NCBI GenBank assembly: GCA_046757165.1
Contig: JBHHXT010000110.1
Coordinates: forward strand, 1-15,315
Reading direction: 5' to 3'
Origin: a bacterium
GTDB taxonomy: Bacteria > Zhuqueibacterota > Zhuqueibacteria > Oceanimicrobiales > Oceanimicrobiaceae
DNA length: 15,315 bases
A model generated the notes under the pieces. It did no database searches. It saw only the letters and a program-made list of their open reading frames with translations, and had not been told where the DNA came from. The translations under genes and the position numbers were made by a program. This document shows, piece after piece, positions 1 to 7,204 of the stretch. The first letter of the stretch is position 1. Every line of letters starts with the position of its first letter.

Positions 1-35
1 CATCCATAGGCCAAGTTAAGATACTGTTGTTAAAT

Positions 36-57
36 GGATTCCCGCTTTCGCGGGAAT
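36..57. repeat. REP-like palindrome GGATTCCCGC-TTTC-GCGGGAAT
   Basis: Perfect 8-bp stem ATTCCCGC/GCGGGAAT (38-45/50-57) with a 4-nt loop; fits ATTCCC-N8-GGGAAT; intergenic, no U-tract. Confidence 0.75.
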
Positions 58-91
58 ACTAACTGCGTACACAGAAATGAGGCTAGATGAC

Positions 92-520
92 ATGAAAATG
101 AAGAGCACAAAGCTCTTGTTGTTCTTGCTTGTTTCTGCAATAACCGGATGTGGCACCCCCGGCAAGAACCTGGCACCTACGACAGAACCTGCCAGCTTGC
201 TGGCGGACGACACCCTGCACGCTGAAGTGACCTTGAGAAACTTCTATTTTGAACCCAGCCGAATTATCACCGAGGTGGGTAAACCGCTAAGACTGACGCT
301 CAAGAAACGCTCCGGCTTCCTGGGTCTTATCCCACATGACTTCAACTTGATCGCTCCTGAGGCAGACCTTGATATCGTCGACCAGGACGTTCCTGGCGGA
401 GGCGGGGTTACAATCACGCTGACGCCGACCAAAGTTGGAGAATACCGCTTCTTTTGCGGGAAAGATGGACATGCAAAAAAAGGAATGGTCGGCGCTCTGA
501 TTGTCAAGGAACAGTTGTAA
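92..520 (+). CDS. Cupredoxin-domain (type-1 copper) lipoprotein
   Basis: Basic N-terminus, hydrophobic stretch and lipobox-like ITGC; cupredoxin motifs FYFEPSRI, PHDF and GEYRFFCGKDGHAKKGMVG supply His/Cys/His/Met ligands. Start uncertain (77, 92 or 98); GAGG at 79-82 favours 92. Confidence 0.88.
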   Translation: MKMKSTKLLLFLLVSAITGCGTPGKNLAPTTEPASLLADDTLHAEVTLRNFYFEPSRIITEVGKPLRLTLKKRSGFLGLIPHDFNLIAPEADLDIVDQDVPGGGGVTITLTPTKVGEYRFFCGKDGHAKKGMVGALIVKEQL

Positions 521-557
521 CGAACTGAATGGGAGCTGTCTAAAAGGCCCCTGTGCC

Positions 558-675
558 TGTCATTTCGAGCGAATGCGAGAAATCTCCTGGGGTAAGGGAC
601 TGCAGTGTAAACAATTGTTTTCCAAAACCCTACGATTAGTGCACAGTCAGATTCCTCCCTTCGGTCGGAATGACA
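558..675. repeat. Inverted pair of REP-like elements with TGTCATT.../...AATGACA ends
   Basis: 558-585 TGTCATTTCGAGCGAATGCGAGAAATCT; 649-675 reverse-complements to TGTCATTCCGACCGAAGGGAGGAATCT. Two diverged copies in inverted orientation, 63 bp apart, between convergent genes. Confidence 0.8.
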
Positions 676-866
676 TTTCGCGGCTTTTGGGACAGCCCCG
701 ATGGATTCAAGCCCGATCCCATATCCCGCCATTGCGGGACAACCGTGTCTTACGCACACTTCCGGCACTTGTAACCACTAAAGTGGCGCTTCAATTCATC
801 ATACAATCCGTGTTCCGTCAGGGGGAATCCGTGGCGAAACATTTTTTCTGCGCTGATGGGGACGTT

Positions 867-1562
867 TCAAACCACGCCGGGAATAAACCGCCTGGTCCTG
901 GCAGCATACTCCTTGTAAGCCTCGCCGAATTCCTCAATCGCCTGCCGCTCCTCGAACCTGGAGAGCCAGACATAGGCTGCAGTCAGGACGGGCCACAGGA
1001 TGAGCGTGACAACGGATGGCCAGTGCAAGATCCACCCCAGAGTGAACAGAAAAATGCCGCTGTACTGCGGATGCCGAACGAAGCGATAGATGCCAGTCGT
1101 GACCAGGCCCGGAGCATTGTGAATCTGCTTCCAGCCAACAGCGATCAGCGCAACGCCCAGCAGGCTCAATCCGGTGCCAACTGTGGCAGGCCAATGCCCG
1201 ATGAGCTGGAAGTAGTCCGGCGCGATCTTGGGGATATTCAGGAGTGGCGATAAGACAAATAAAAACAGCGGCCATCCGAACATCTCTGTCATCAGCGCAA
1301 TGACAAAGGCGAAGAAGGCTCCGCGCGACTTCCAGACATTCTTCGTCGGACGTCGATACGGCAGGAGTGCCAAAAAGGCGAGCACCACGACAATGTTCAC
1401 AATGATGAGGCCAGCGGTGCCAAACGTTTGTTCAAGCCAGCTCACCGTCACAGGCCGGCCGTGGTGCGGGAGGAGCTCCACGGCGTAAATAGCGACAAAT
1501 AGACAGATGGCGATCCACCCCATGATGGTCAACGCCCGGGAACTGCTGCGTTTAGATTCCAT
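867..1562 (-). CDS. Isoprenylcysteine carboxyl methyltransferase (ICMT/PEMT) family membrane protein
   Basis: Several TM helices; family signature LVTTGIYRFVRHPQYSG and C-terminal EE..A...FGEAYKEY...TRRFIP. Start moved to 1562 because GGAGAGGAG precedes that ATG. Confidence 0.9.
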   Translation of the reverse strand: MESKRSSSRALTIMGWIAICLFVAIYAVELLPHHGRPVTVSWLEQTFGTAGLIIVNIVVVLAFLALLPYRRPTKNVWKSRGAFFAFVIALMTEMFGWPLFLFVLSPLLNIPKIAPDYFQLIGHWPATVGTGLSLLGVALIAVGWKQIHNAPGLVTTGIYRFVRHPQYSGIFLFTLGWILHWPSVVTLILWPVLTAAYVWLSRFEERQAIEEFGEAYKEYAARTRRFIPGVV

Positions 1563-1582
1563 TTTCTCCTCTCCGTAAGACA

Positions 1583-1661
1583 TTTCGGTGACTTCGCTGC
1601 CTTCGGTGGAAAAACTTTTAAGACGACCGAAAATCACTGAAGGCACCGAGCGTCACCGAAA
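1583..1661. repeat. Long imperfect inverted repeat (REP-like)
   Basis: Arm 1583-1608 TTTCGGTGACTTCGCTGCCTTCGGTG versus the reverse complement of 1635-1661 TTTCGGTGACGCTCGGTGCCTTCAGTG; 26-nt spacer. Confidence 0.75.
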
Positions 1662-1745
1662 AAGTGTGCTAAGAATACACAATTTCTTCGGCTTGTCGCG
1701 CAGGCAGAGCCCTGGAAATGCGTAGTCCTTTGCTTGCAAGGGCTC

Positions 1746-2966
1746 CTAGAATTTGACCAGGAAGCTTGTATACGACCAAACACCGACATCATCGTTGCCG
1801 AACCTCAGCTCCGTCAGATCTCCCGGCAAAAAGAAGGAAAGCCCAAGAACAAATGAGGCGGCCGTGTTGTATTTGTAATTGAGCACCAGGTCGAGCTCGT
1901 TGCCAAAATTCTTTTCATCTCCTTTGGCGGCGCGAAAGTTGTGAAAATGCGCGTTGAGAGCCAGGTTGGGACGCAAGGGGAGTTTTGCTTTCGCCATCAA
2001 ATCCAACAAACCCAATCCTGCCGTATGTACCGGGAGGTTGAGAAAATAATCCATAAAGCCATAGAACTTATGGTTCGTGGCAAAGAGCGTGTCGAAGACT
2101 TTGTAGTTGTCATCCCCCTGCTCCATGCCCGACAAATAATCAAAGCCGAGCCGGACATGAGGCTTCCTGCCGGTTTGAAACGTATAGCCGACCGAACCCG
2201 TCAGCATGAACGCCGAGACATCCTGTCCACGCCGTTTGCCAAATTGCAGGGCGACTTCCGATTCAAAATCGAGGTCGCTTGAAAGCGAGCCCTTGTTGTA
2301 AGAGCCCAGGGTGACTCGCCCGAGGTCGTTCTTGCCTGGTACGGTTTCCCGCACATTGGACTCGAAAAAACCGTAAACGTCAAGCGTATAGTCCCTTTTC
2401 TTACGATGCTTATAATAAGCGCCTAAGAATCGAAAATCACTATTGTCCTGGCCCATGGAAGGACCGCCAAACTGGGTGTTGCTTTCGTTGATAATCATGC
2501 TAAGGAGGTCGAATGTACTCGTGGTGCCAAATGTAACCTTAATGCCGTCGAATGAGCGGCCGACATTGCTCCACCCCACTGCGCCGATGAGTCTTTGACT
2601 GCCATACACCATTTCCTGGCGACCGATTTTGAGCTGGATGGGCTTTTGCCACAGGTTGCTCACAGAGAAGAAAGCCTGGTGGATATCCAGGTTAGCGCTG
2701 TTTGCCAGGGTGTTAGCTTCGGTCCCCAATGCTCTGGAATCCTGGATCTGAACATAGACCCGAATGTCCTCCACCGGGCTCACCGATGCGCCCAGGCGCG
2801 TGCGCAGCAGGCTGTAGGTATTGAGGTCCGAATCGCTGTCAAAGTCGCGGCCATCCGCCTCGCTGCGCAAACGAATTTGGCCATCGAATTTGATCGGGAC
2901 TTGCGGCGTTTGTGCCGCGAGAAAGCCTGCAAGTACGAAAAACCAGAACAACGTTGTCAGTTTCAT
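1746..2966 (-). CDS. Alginate export family (AlgE-like) outer-membrane beta-barrel protein
   Basis: Signal peptide MKLTTLFWFFVLAGFLAA; motifs QIRLRSE, LDIHQAF, KIGRQEMVYGSQRLIGAVGWSNVGRSFDG, FDTLFATNHKFYGFMDYF, GNELDL; C-terminal Phe. AAGGAG RBS before the ATG at 2966, so the longer ORF start at 3167 is rejected. Confidence 0.88.
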   Translation of the reverse strand: MKLTTLFWFFVLAGFLAAQTPQVPIKFDGQIRLRSEADGRDFDSDSDLNTYSLLRTRLGASVSPVEDIRVYVQIQDSRALGTEANTLANSANLDIHQAFFSVSNLWQKPIQLKIGRQEMVYGSQRLIGAVGWSNVGRSFDGIKVTFGTTSTFDLLSMIINESNTQFGGPSMGQDNSDFRFLGAYYKHRKKRDYTLDVYGFFESNVRETVPGKNDLGRVTLGSYNKGSLSSDLDFESEVALQFGKRRGQDVSAFMLTGSVGYTFQTGRKPHVRLGFDYLSGMEQGDDNYKVFDTLFATNHKFYGFMDYFLNLPVHTAGLGLLDLMAKAKLPLRPNLALNAHFHNFRAAKGDEKNFGNELDLVLNYKYNTAASFVLGLSFFLPGDLTELRFGNDDVGVWSYTSFLVKF

Positions 2967-3068
2967 CGAAGATCTCCTTTCTTGGCTTAAGTATTGGCAA
3001 AAGTCCTGACAGATGATAACGTAGGAATAATGGCACCCAAGTTGCGGGAAATTGTCCACGTCTGATTC

Positions 3069-3149
3069 TTGCCTTTGGGAAGGAATCAAGGGTTGTCGCG
3101 GCTTTGCACCCTTCCACTTCGTCAGTGACTCGGCGATTTGACGCTTCAT
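3069..3149 (-). pseudogene. N-terminal remnant of an AAA_14/DUF4143-type ATP-binding protein
   Basis: Translates MKRQIAESLTKWKGAKPRQPLIPSQRQ, resembling the family N-terminus MKR.I...L..WK....RKPLI..GARQVGKT; Walker A is destroyed and no continuation is seen. Confidence 0.5.
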
Positions 3150-3343
3150 GGCAGACATTAAGCACAACTGATATTTTCTGCAAGGACTTTTTTGAAAAGT
3201 GTGGTACTTATTGCAGGAAGATCATGCTTGACGGCACAAATTTAAGCAGCCTTTAAACAAAGGGAACTTTGGGAAGACACTTTGCTAGACTATTTACAGC
3301 GAGGTCAAGAAATCAAGAATGGCAGAAGCAAGGGATAAAACAT

Positions 3344-3374
3344 AAAAACCCCGGCCAAGATTGGCCGGGGTTTT
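3344..3374 (-). terminator. Intrinsic terminator of the cold-shock gene (possibly bidirectional)
   Basis: AAAACCCCGGCCAA-GA-TTGGCCGGGGTTTT perfect inverted repeat with T-runs on both strands, 18 nt downstream of the csp stop. Confidence 0.88.
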
Positions 3375-3392
3375 GTTGAAGTCAGTCCAAAG

Positions 3393-3593
3393 TTAGATCT
3401 TTGTAACGTTGGTCGCTTGCAACCCTTTGGGTCCTTCACCGATTTCAAACTGGACCTGGTCGCCCTCTTCCAGCGACTTATACCCATCGCCTTCAATCGC
3501 TTTGTAATGGACAAAGACGTCTTCGCCTTCTTCTCTAGTGATGAACCCATAGCCTTTTGAGCTGTTGAACCATTTGACAGTTCCTGTTTCCAT
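3393..3593 (-). CDS. cspA: Cold-shock protein (CspA family)
   Basis: 66 aa; GTVKWFN, RNP1 KGYGFI, RNP2 [23 protein letters not shown]. Exact paralogue name uncertain. Confidence 0.97.
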   Translation of the reverse strand: METGTVKWFNSSKGYGFITREEGEDVFVHYKAIEGDGYKSLEEGDQVQFEIGEGPKGLQATNVTKI

Positions 3594-3792
3594 TGAATCA
3601 TTCCTTATCTAAAAACTAGGTGTTACGTACATCTCTGTTCTTAGCCTGTTCCAGACAAAAAAAATCGCTTCGAACGGCCGTGAACCATTCTCCACGAAGT
3701 CTTGTTGTCTTAAAATAGTGTTGTCTTAAAAAAAGCGTGATCACCAAAAAATAGAAAGGCGAAAAAAACAGTGTACAATTAATTACAAGAGT

Positions 3793-3821
3793 AAGATACA
3801 ACATATCTGGGTAAAATGCAA
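3793..3821 (-). promoter_or_regulatory. Putative sigma70 promoter for the cold-shock gene
   Basis: Minus strand TTGCAT (3821-3816), 17-bp spacer, TATCTT (3798-3793), preceded by an A/T-rich UP-like tract; implies a leader of about 190 nt. Confidence 0.55.
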
Positions 3822-3871
3822 ATATTAATTTATTTTTTTATTCTAAATCCTTTCTTTTGACTTCGGAATTG

Positions 3872-3932
3872 GATTTCGGATTGCGGTGTTATGGAGGGAG
3901 CAAACGGTAGGCCTAAACCGCAATCCGAAATC
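3872..3932. repeat. 16-bp perfect inverted repeat built from heptamer-like units
   Basis: GATTTCGGATTGCGGT (3872-3887) and ACCGCAATCCGAAATC (3917-3932), 29-bp spacer; related TTCGGAA/TTGGAT units lie just to the left. Confidence 0.75.
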
Positions 3933-4409
3933 ACGCTTTGCAGGGTAGCCACTTGCATCAGGGCAAGATGGCCTGAATCTCGGGGGGCACATAGGATGAC
4001 GTTCATGCAGTGGTCAAAATCGCCTCTTGATGACTTGTCGTGTTCACGTCCGTCACTTCGCCATTTCATCAGCATCCGCTTCCAGCTCCGTAACTGCAAG
4101 ATGAATCTCAACAACGTGACCCCCGGCCAACACCTCAACCCTTGTGGTCCTTTCAGGAACACCTTTCCCAAAACCATGCCAATAAATGAAATATTTGCAA
4201 CTTATTGTTAATAAAATGATTGGGTGCTTTCCCTGGAGCGACCGAAAAATGCACTTTTTCCTATTCTTTGGAAAAAGGAATGGGGCATTGCCGGGACTGG
4301 GAATGATGGGTCCGGTTAGGTAACGCAGTTTGGCGCCTGATTGGCCCGGGGCGACGAAGAAACCACAGTCAAAGAAGCAAAGGCTGTTGTTCAACGGTCA
4401 ACAATTCTG

Positions 4410-4438
4410 TTGACACAAGACGTTTTTCTAACTACCTT
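4410..4438 (+). promoter_or_regulatory. Putative sigma70 promoter for the peptidase
   Basis: TTGACA (4410-4415), 17-bp spacer, TACCTT (4433-4438). Confidence 0.5.
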
Positions 4439-4522
4439 CTGCACCCATGAAACTTTCACAAAACATGGACTGGGAGAAAAGACATGTCATCCAGGAAACC
4501 CGGTGATCAGGCAATTCTCAAA

Positions 4523-6595
4523 ATGAAGAGTGTCCTGACGACCATTTTGATCATTCTTATGCTTGCTGTGTATCAGCACGAAGCGGTTGCGCAAGAATTT
4601 GAAGCTCTGCTCTCTCCCAACCTGCGCGACCTCCTGCACGAGCAGCTCAGCGGCGAGCTCGCCAAGGAACACGTCATCGCGATTACGCGTCACCACCGTA
4701 TCCAGGGCTCCCGCGGATACCGCCAGGCAGCAAACTACGTCCTGGAGCAGCTTCGCAGTTATGGCTTTTCCGAGCACGACGCCTATATCGAATCCTTCAA
4801 ATCAGATGGCAAGGTGCACTATCAAACGTGGCAGTCGCCATCGGGCTGGGACATCGATTGGGCTGAGCTGCGCATGCTGGAGCCGTACAACGAGCGCATC
4901 GTCGGTTACCCGGAAATGGCCATGAGCCTGATCACCTACTCGAATCCGGGCGATGTCACCGCCGAGCTGGTCTGGGTTGGCAGTGGCACGAAAGATACCG
5001 ACTACGTCGACAGGGAGGTCAAAGGGAAATTCGTGCTGGCCACAGGTTATGGCGGCTCCGTACATCGACTGGCAGTCCTCGAGCATGGCGCCAAAGCCGT
5101 GGTCTGCTATCTGGACGACACCCGCGCCAAAGAGTACCCGGATATGTTACAATACACCGGCATGTGGCCGAAGTCACATGAGCTCGAGCACGTGACATTT
5201 GGCTTCAACCTGACTAACCGGCAGGGCGAAAGGCTCCGGAAGCTTCTGGAATCTGGCAAGAAGGTGGTGCTTCGTGGGCAGGTGAAGGGGATTGGACTGG
5301 AACCGTACTTCATGGATGTTGTGGTGGCCCACATTCGTGGCTCCGGGCGGCCGGCGGAGGAGCTCGTATTCAGCGCCCATCTCGACCACCCGAAAGAATC
5401 GGCCAACGATAATGCCAGCGGCTCGGCTGCGATTTTGGACATTGCGCGTACCATCAACCAGCTCATCGACTCGGGCAGGCTGCCGCGACCCGGGCGCTCG
5501 CTACGCTTTCTCTGGGTGCCGGAGTGGTACGGCACCATGGCCTATATCGACAAACACCCGGAGATGGCAGGCTCGGCGTTGGGCGGCAACTTTCTGGCAA
5601 ACATGAATCTCGACATGGTTGGCGAGCATCTCGAGCTGTTACATTCAAAACTGACGCTGACCAGAACGCCCGATTCTGTGCCGTCTGTTGTCAACGACGT
5701 GCTCGAAAACATGGCTCAGATGGTGGACCGGATGCACATCCGAACGCCGCGCGGCAGCTTGTCTGCTTTCAACTACCGCATCACGCCTTACAAAGGAGGG
5801 AGCGACCACATGATGTTCATCGAGCGCAGAATCCCTGGCGTGATGTTCTCGCACAGCCCCGATTACACCCACCACACCTCCGAGGACACGCCAGACAAAG
5901 TCGACCCGGTCGAGCTGGAGCGCTGTGAGATCATCGCCGCAGCCACCATGCTCTATCTGGCCAACCTTGAACCAGAACAGGCGGTGGAGCTGGCATATCT
6001 GGCGGCCGCTAATTCTGCCGGCCGGCTGGGCGTGGCGCTCAGCAAAGCAGTCAAGCTCATCCCATCCGCAAGCAACGGCAAAACCGAAATCGCCTGGGCC
6101 GAAGGACAAAACATCCTCGACCATGCCCTTGCGCGGGAGGTCGCCACGGTGGCTTCAATTCTTGACTTTAGTTCGGAGGTCATGGTACAGAAAGTGGTCA
6201 AGACGTTGCAAACCGAGTTACAGCGACAGCAGCACGTCTACGCCAGCATGCTCAGGGAGCGGGTGCAGGCTCGAGGCTATGAAGGAAAAGAGCCCCCAAT
6301 GCTGTCGGAAGAGGAGGACGCGCGTGTGCCGGTGCGCCTTACTCGAGGCCCGCTAAACTTTGAGCTGCCCGCCAGCAAACTCTCAGGAAAACGAAGAACC
6401 TGGCACACCGACGGCAGCTTCAGACTAAGCGGCTCGCAGCGCTTTGAGCTGGTCAATTTTATTGATGGCAAAAGGACCGTCACCGAAATCCGCAACGCCG
6501 TTAGTGCTGAATTCGAACCTGTCGAGACCGAACGGGTTGCGCGCTATCTGGAAGATCTGGTTGCGGTGGAGGTGCTGGAATGGAAGAACAACTAA
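4523..6595 (+). CDS. Secreted M28-family metallopeptidase with PA domain (DUF4910-like)
   Basis: Signal peptide from MKSVLTT; zinc-site motifs SAHLDH, ANDNASG, VPE, NLDMVG, GGSDH, HHTSED; PA insert (GDVTAELVWVG...VKGKFVL...GAKAVV); C-terminal winged-helix-like NFIDGKRTVTEIRNAVSAE. Alternative start 4484. Confidence 0.9.
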   Translation: MKSVLTTILIILMLAVYQHEAVAQEFEALLSPNLRDLLHEQLSGELAKEHVIAITRHHRIQGSRGYRQAANYVLEQLRSYGFSEHDAYIESFKSDGKVHYQTWQSPSGWDIDWAELRMLEPYNERIVGYPEMAMSLITYSNPGDVTAELVWVGSGTKDTDYVDREVKGKFVLATGYGGSVHRLAVLEHGAKAVVCYLDDTRAKEYPDMLQYTGMWPKSHELEHVTFGFNLTNRQGERLRKLLESGKKVVLRGQVKGIGLEPYFMDVVVAHIRGSGRPAEELVFSAHLDHPKESANDNASGSAAILDIARTINQLIDSGRLPRPGRSLRFLWVPEWYGTMAYIDKHPEMAGSALGGNFLANMNLDMVGEHLELLHSKLTLTRTPDSVPSVVNDVLENMAQMVDRMHIRTPRGSLSAFNYRITPYKGGSDHMMFIERRIPGVMFSHSPDYTHHTSEDTPDKVDPVELERCEIIAAATMLYLANLEPEQAVELAYLAAANSAGRLGVALSKAVKLIPSASNGKTEIAWAEGQNILDHALAREVATVASILDFSSEVMVQKVVKTLQTELQRQQHVYASMLRERVQARGYEGKEPPMLSEEEDARVPVRLTRGPLNFELPASKLSGKRRTWHTDGSFRLSGSQRFELVNFIDGKRTVTEIRNAVSAEFEPVETERVARYLEDLVAVEVLEWKNN

Positions 6596-6769
6596 CCTCG
6601 ATAATTCATGAATCTTGCCTAACAAGGGCCAACACGTAAGGAGTGAAATGCTTTAGCATTTCATGCAACGCTAAAGCGTTGCGAGCGTTGCACTCCTCTT
6701 TATCTCGTTATGATATGCATAATCAAATACTTATACGAATACTTGCTAATCTCCTGTGAATAATCCAGG
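6596..6769. mobile_element. 174-bp non-autonomous element (MITE) with IS1380-like ends
   Basis: Left end CCTCGATAATTCA; right end reverse-complements to CCTGGATTATTCA (11/13 identical); flanked by CTAA direct repeats (6592-6595, 6770-6773); no ORF. Family call rests on CC...GG termini and a 4-bp duplication. Confidence 0.7.
6639..6697. repeat. Nested palindromes inside the MITE
   Basis: Outer AGGAGTG/CACTCCT; inner TGAAATGC-TTTA-GCATTTCA (6644-6663) and GCAACGC-TAAA-GCGTTGC (6665-6682); AGCGTTGC duplicated at 6675 and 6684. Confidence 0.8.
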
Positions 6770-6841
6770 CTAAGAGAGTTCTCCCTCATCTGTCCTGTTC
6801 ATCGGGTCACTGTTATTGTTTTTGATTTGTTGCAGTAATAA

Positions 6842-7204
6842 TCAATTCACCGACATCGGGTTGCGTTTGACCACCCAACTTGGGCTGACTGTTGTCAGCT
6901 CACAGCGGTCCGAGCAAGAGTGTTTTTCAACATGCGCACGAAATTCATAGATGGCCTGCTGCAAGCGTGCTCGTTTTCTGACAAAAGAAGCAAACTCATC
7001 TGCGGTGCACATATCTTCGGCAAGGGTCACGATCCTTCGTAACATCTTGTTTTCTCTATCATAGACTTCCTGCAAAAACTCATAGCTTTTTATGATTTGC
7101 GCGGCATCGGCCATTTCGTGCAGGGCCTGGTGGTGAATCTGCTGCAGATCCTCGTACTCTTGCAACAGCTCTTCGTAGGTCATCTTGTCATCCATTTCTT
7201 GCAT
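6842..7204 (-). CDS. Hypothetical alpha-helical/coiled-coil protein
   Basis: Natural-looking amphipathic sequence (TYEELLQEYEDLQQIHHQALHEMADAAQII) fills an otherwise empty gap. Start 7204 or 7195 (GGAAGG upstream); the extension to 7321 is AT-rich promoter-like DNA. Confidence 0.65.
   Translation of the reverse strand: MQEMDDKMTYEELLQEYEDLQQIHHQALHEMADAAQIIKSYEFLQEVYDRENKMLRRIVTLAEDMCTADEFASFVRKRARLQQAIYEFRAHVEKHSCSDRCELTTVSPSWVVKRNPMSVN

Noticed and set aside
244..768. 174-aa minus-strand ORF (and 16..213)
   Set aside because: Antisense to the cupredoxin; segments such as CHSDRREES, RFLAFARND and SIPAKAGIH are translations of the REP palindromes.
805..834. AATCCGTG direct repeat (805-812, 826-833)
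   Set aside because: Possibly another decayed short repeat family, but 8 bp in two copies is too little support.
501..1253. 250-aa plus-strand ORF
   Set aside because: Runs through REP repeats and antisense to the well-supported ICMT gene; no recognisable motifs.
3005..3020. Possible FNR/CRP-family site upstream of the beta-barrel gene (CTGAC-AGAT-GATAA)
   Set aside because: Too many mismatches to TTGAT-N4-ATCAA and poor symmetry.
2967..3167. 67-aa N-terminal extension of the beta-barrel ORF
   Set aside because: A strong RBS and signal peptide begin at 2966; the extension is intergenic DNA plus a probable ATPase remnant.
4215..4400. Possible riboswitch (cobalamin-like AAAAGGAA...CCGGGAC) or sRNA upstream of the peptidase
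   Set aside because: No GCCACTG/GGGAAG/AGYCAGRAGACC core on either strand; only a short TTTTTCC/GGAAAAA hairpin. An Rfam scan would be decisive.
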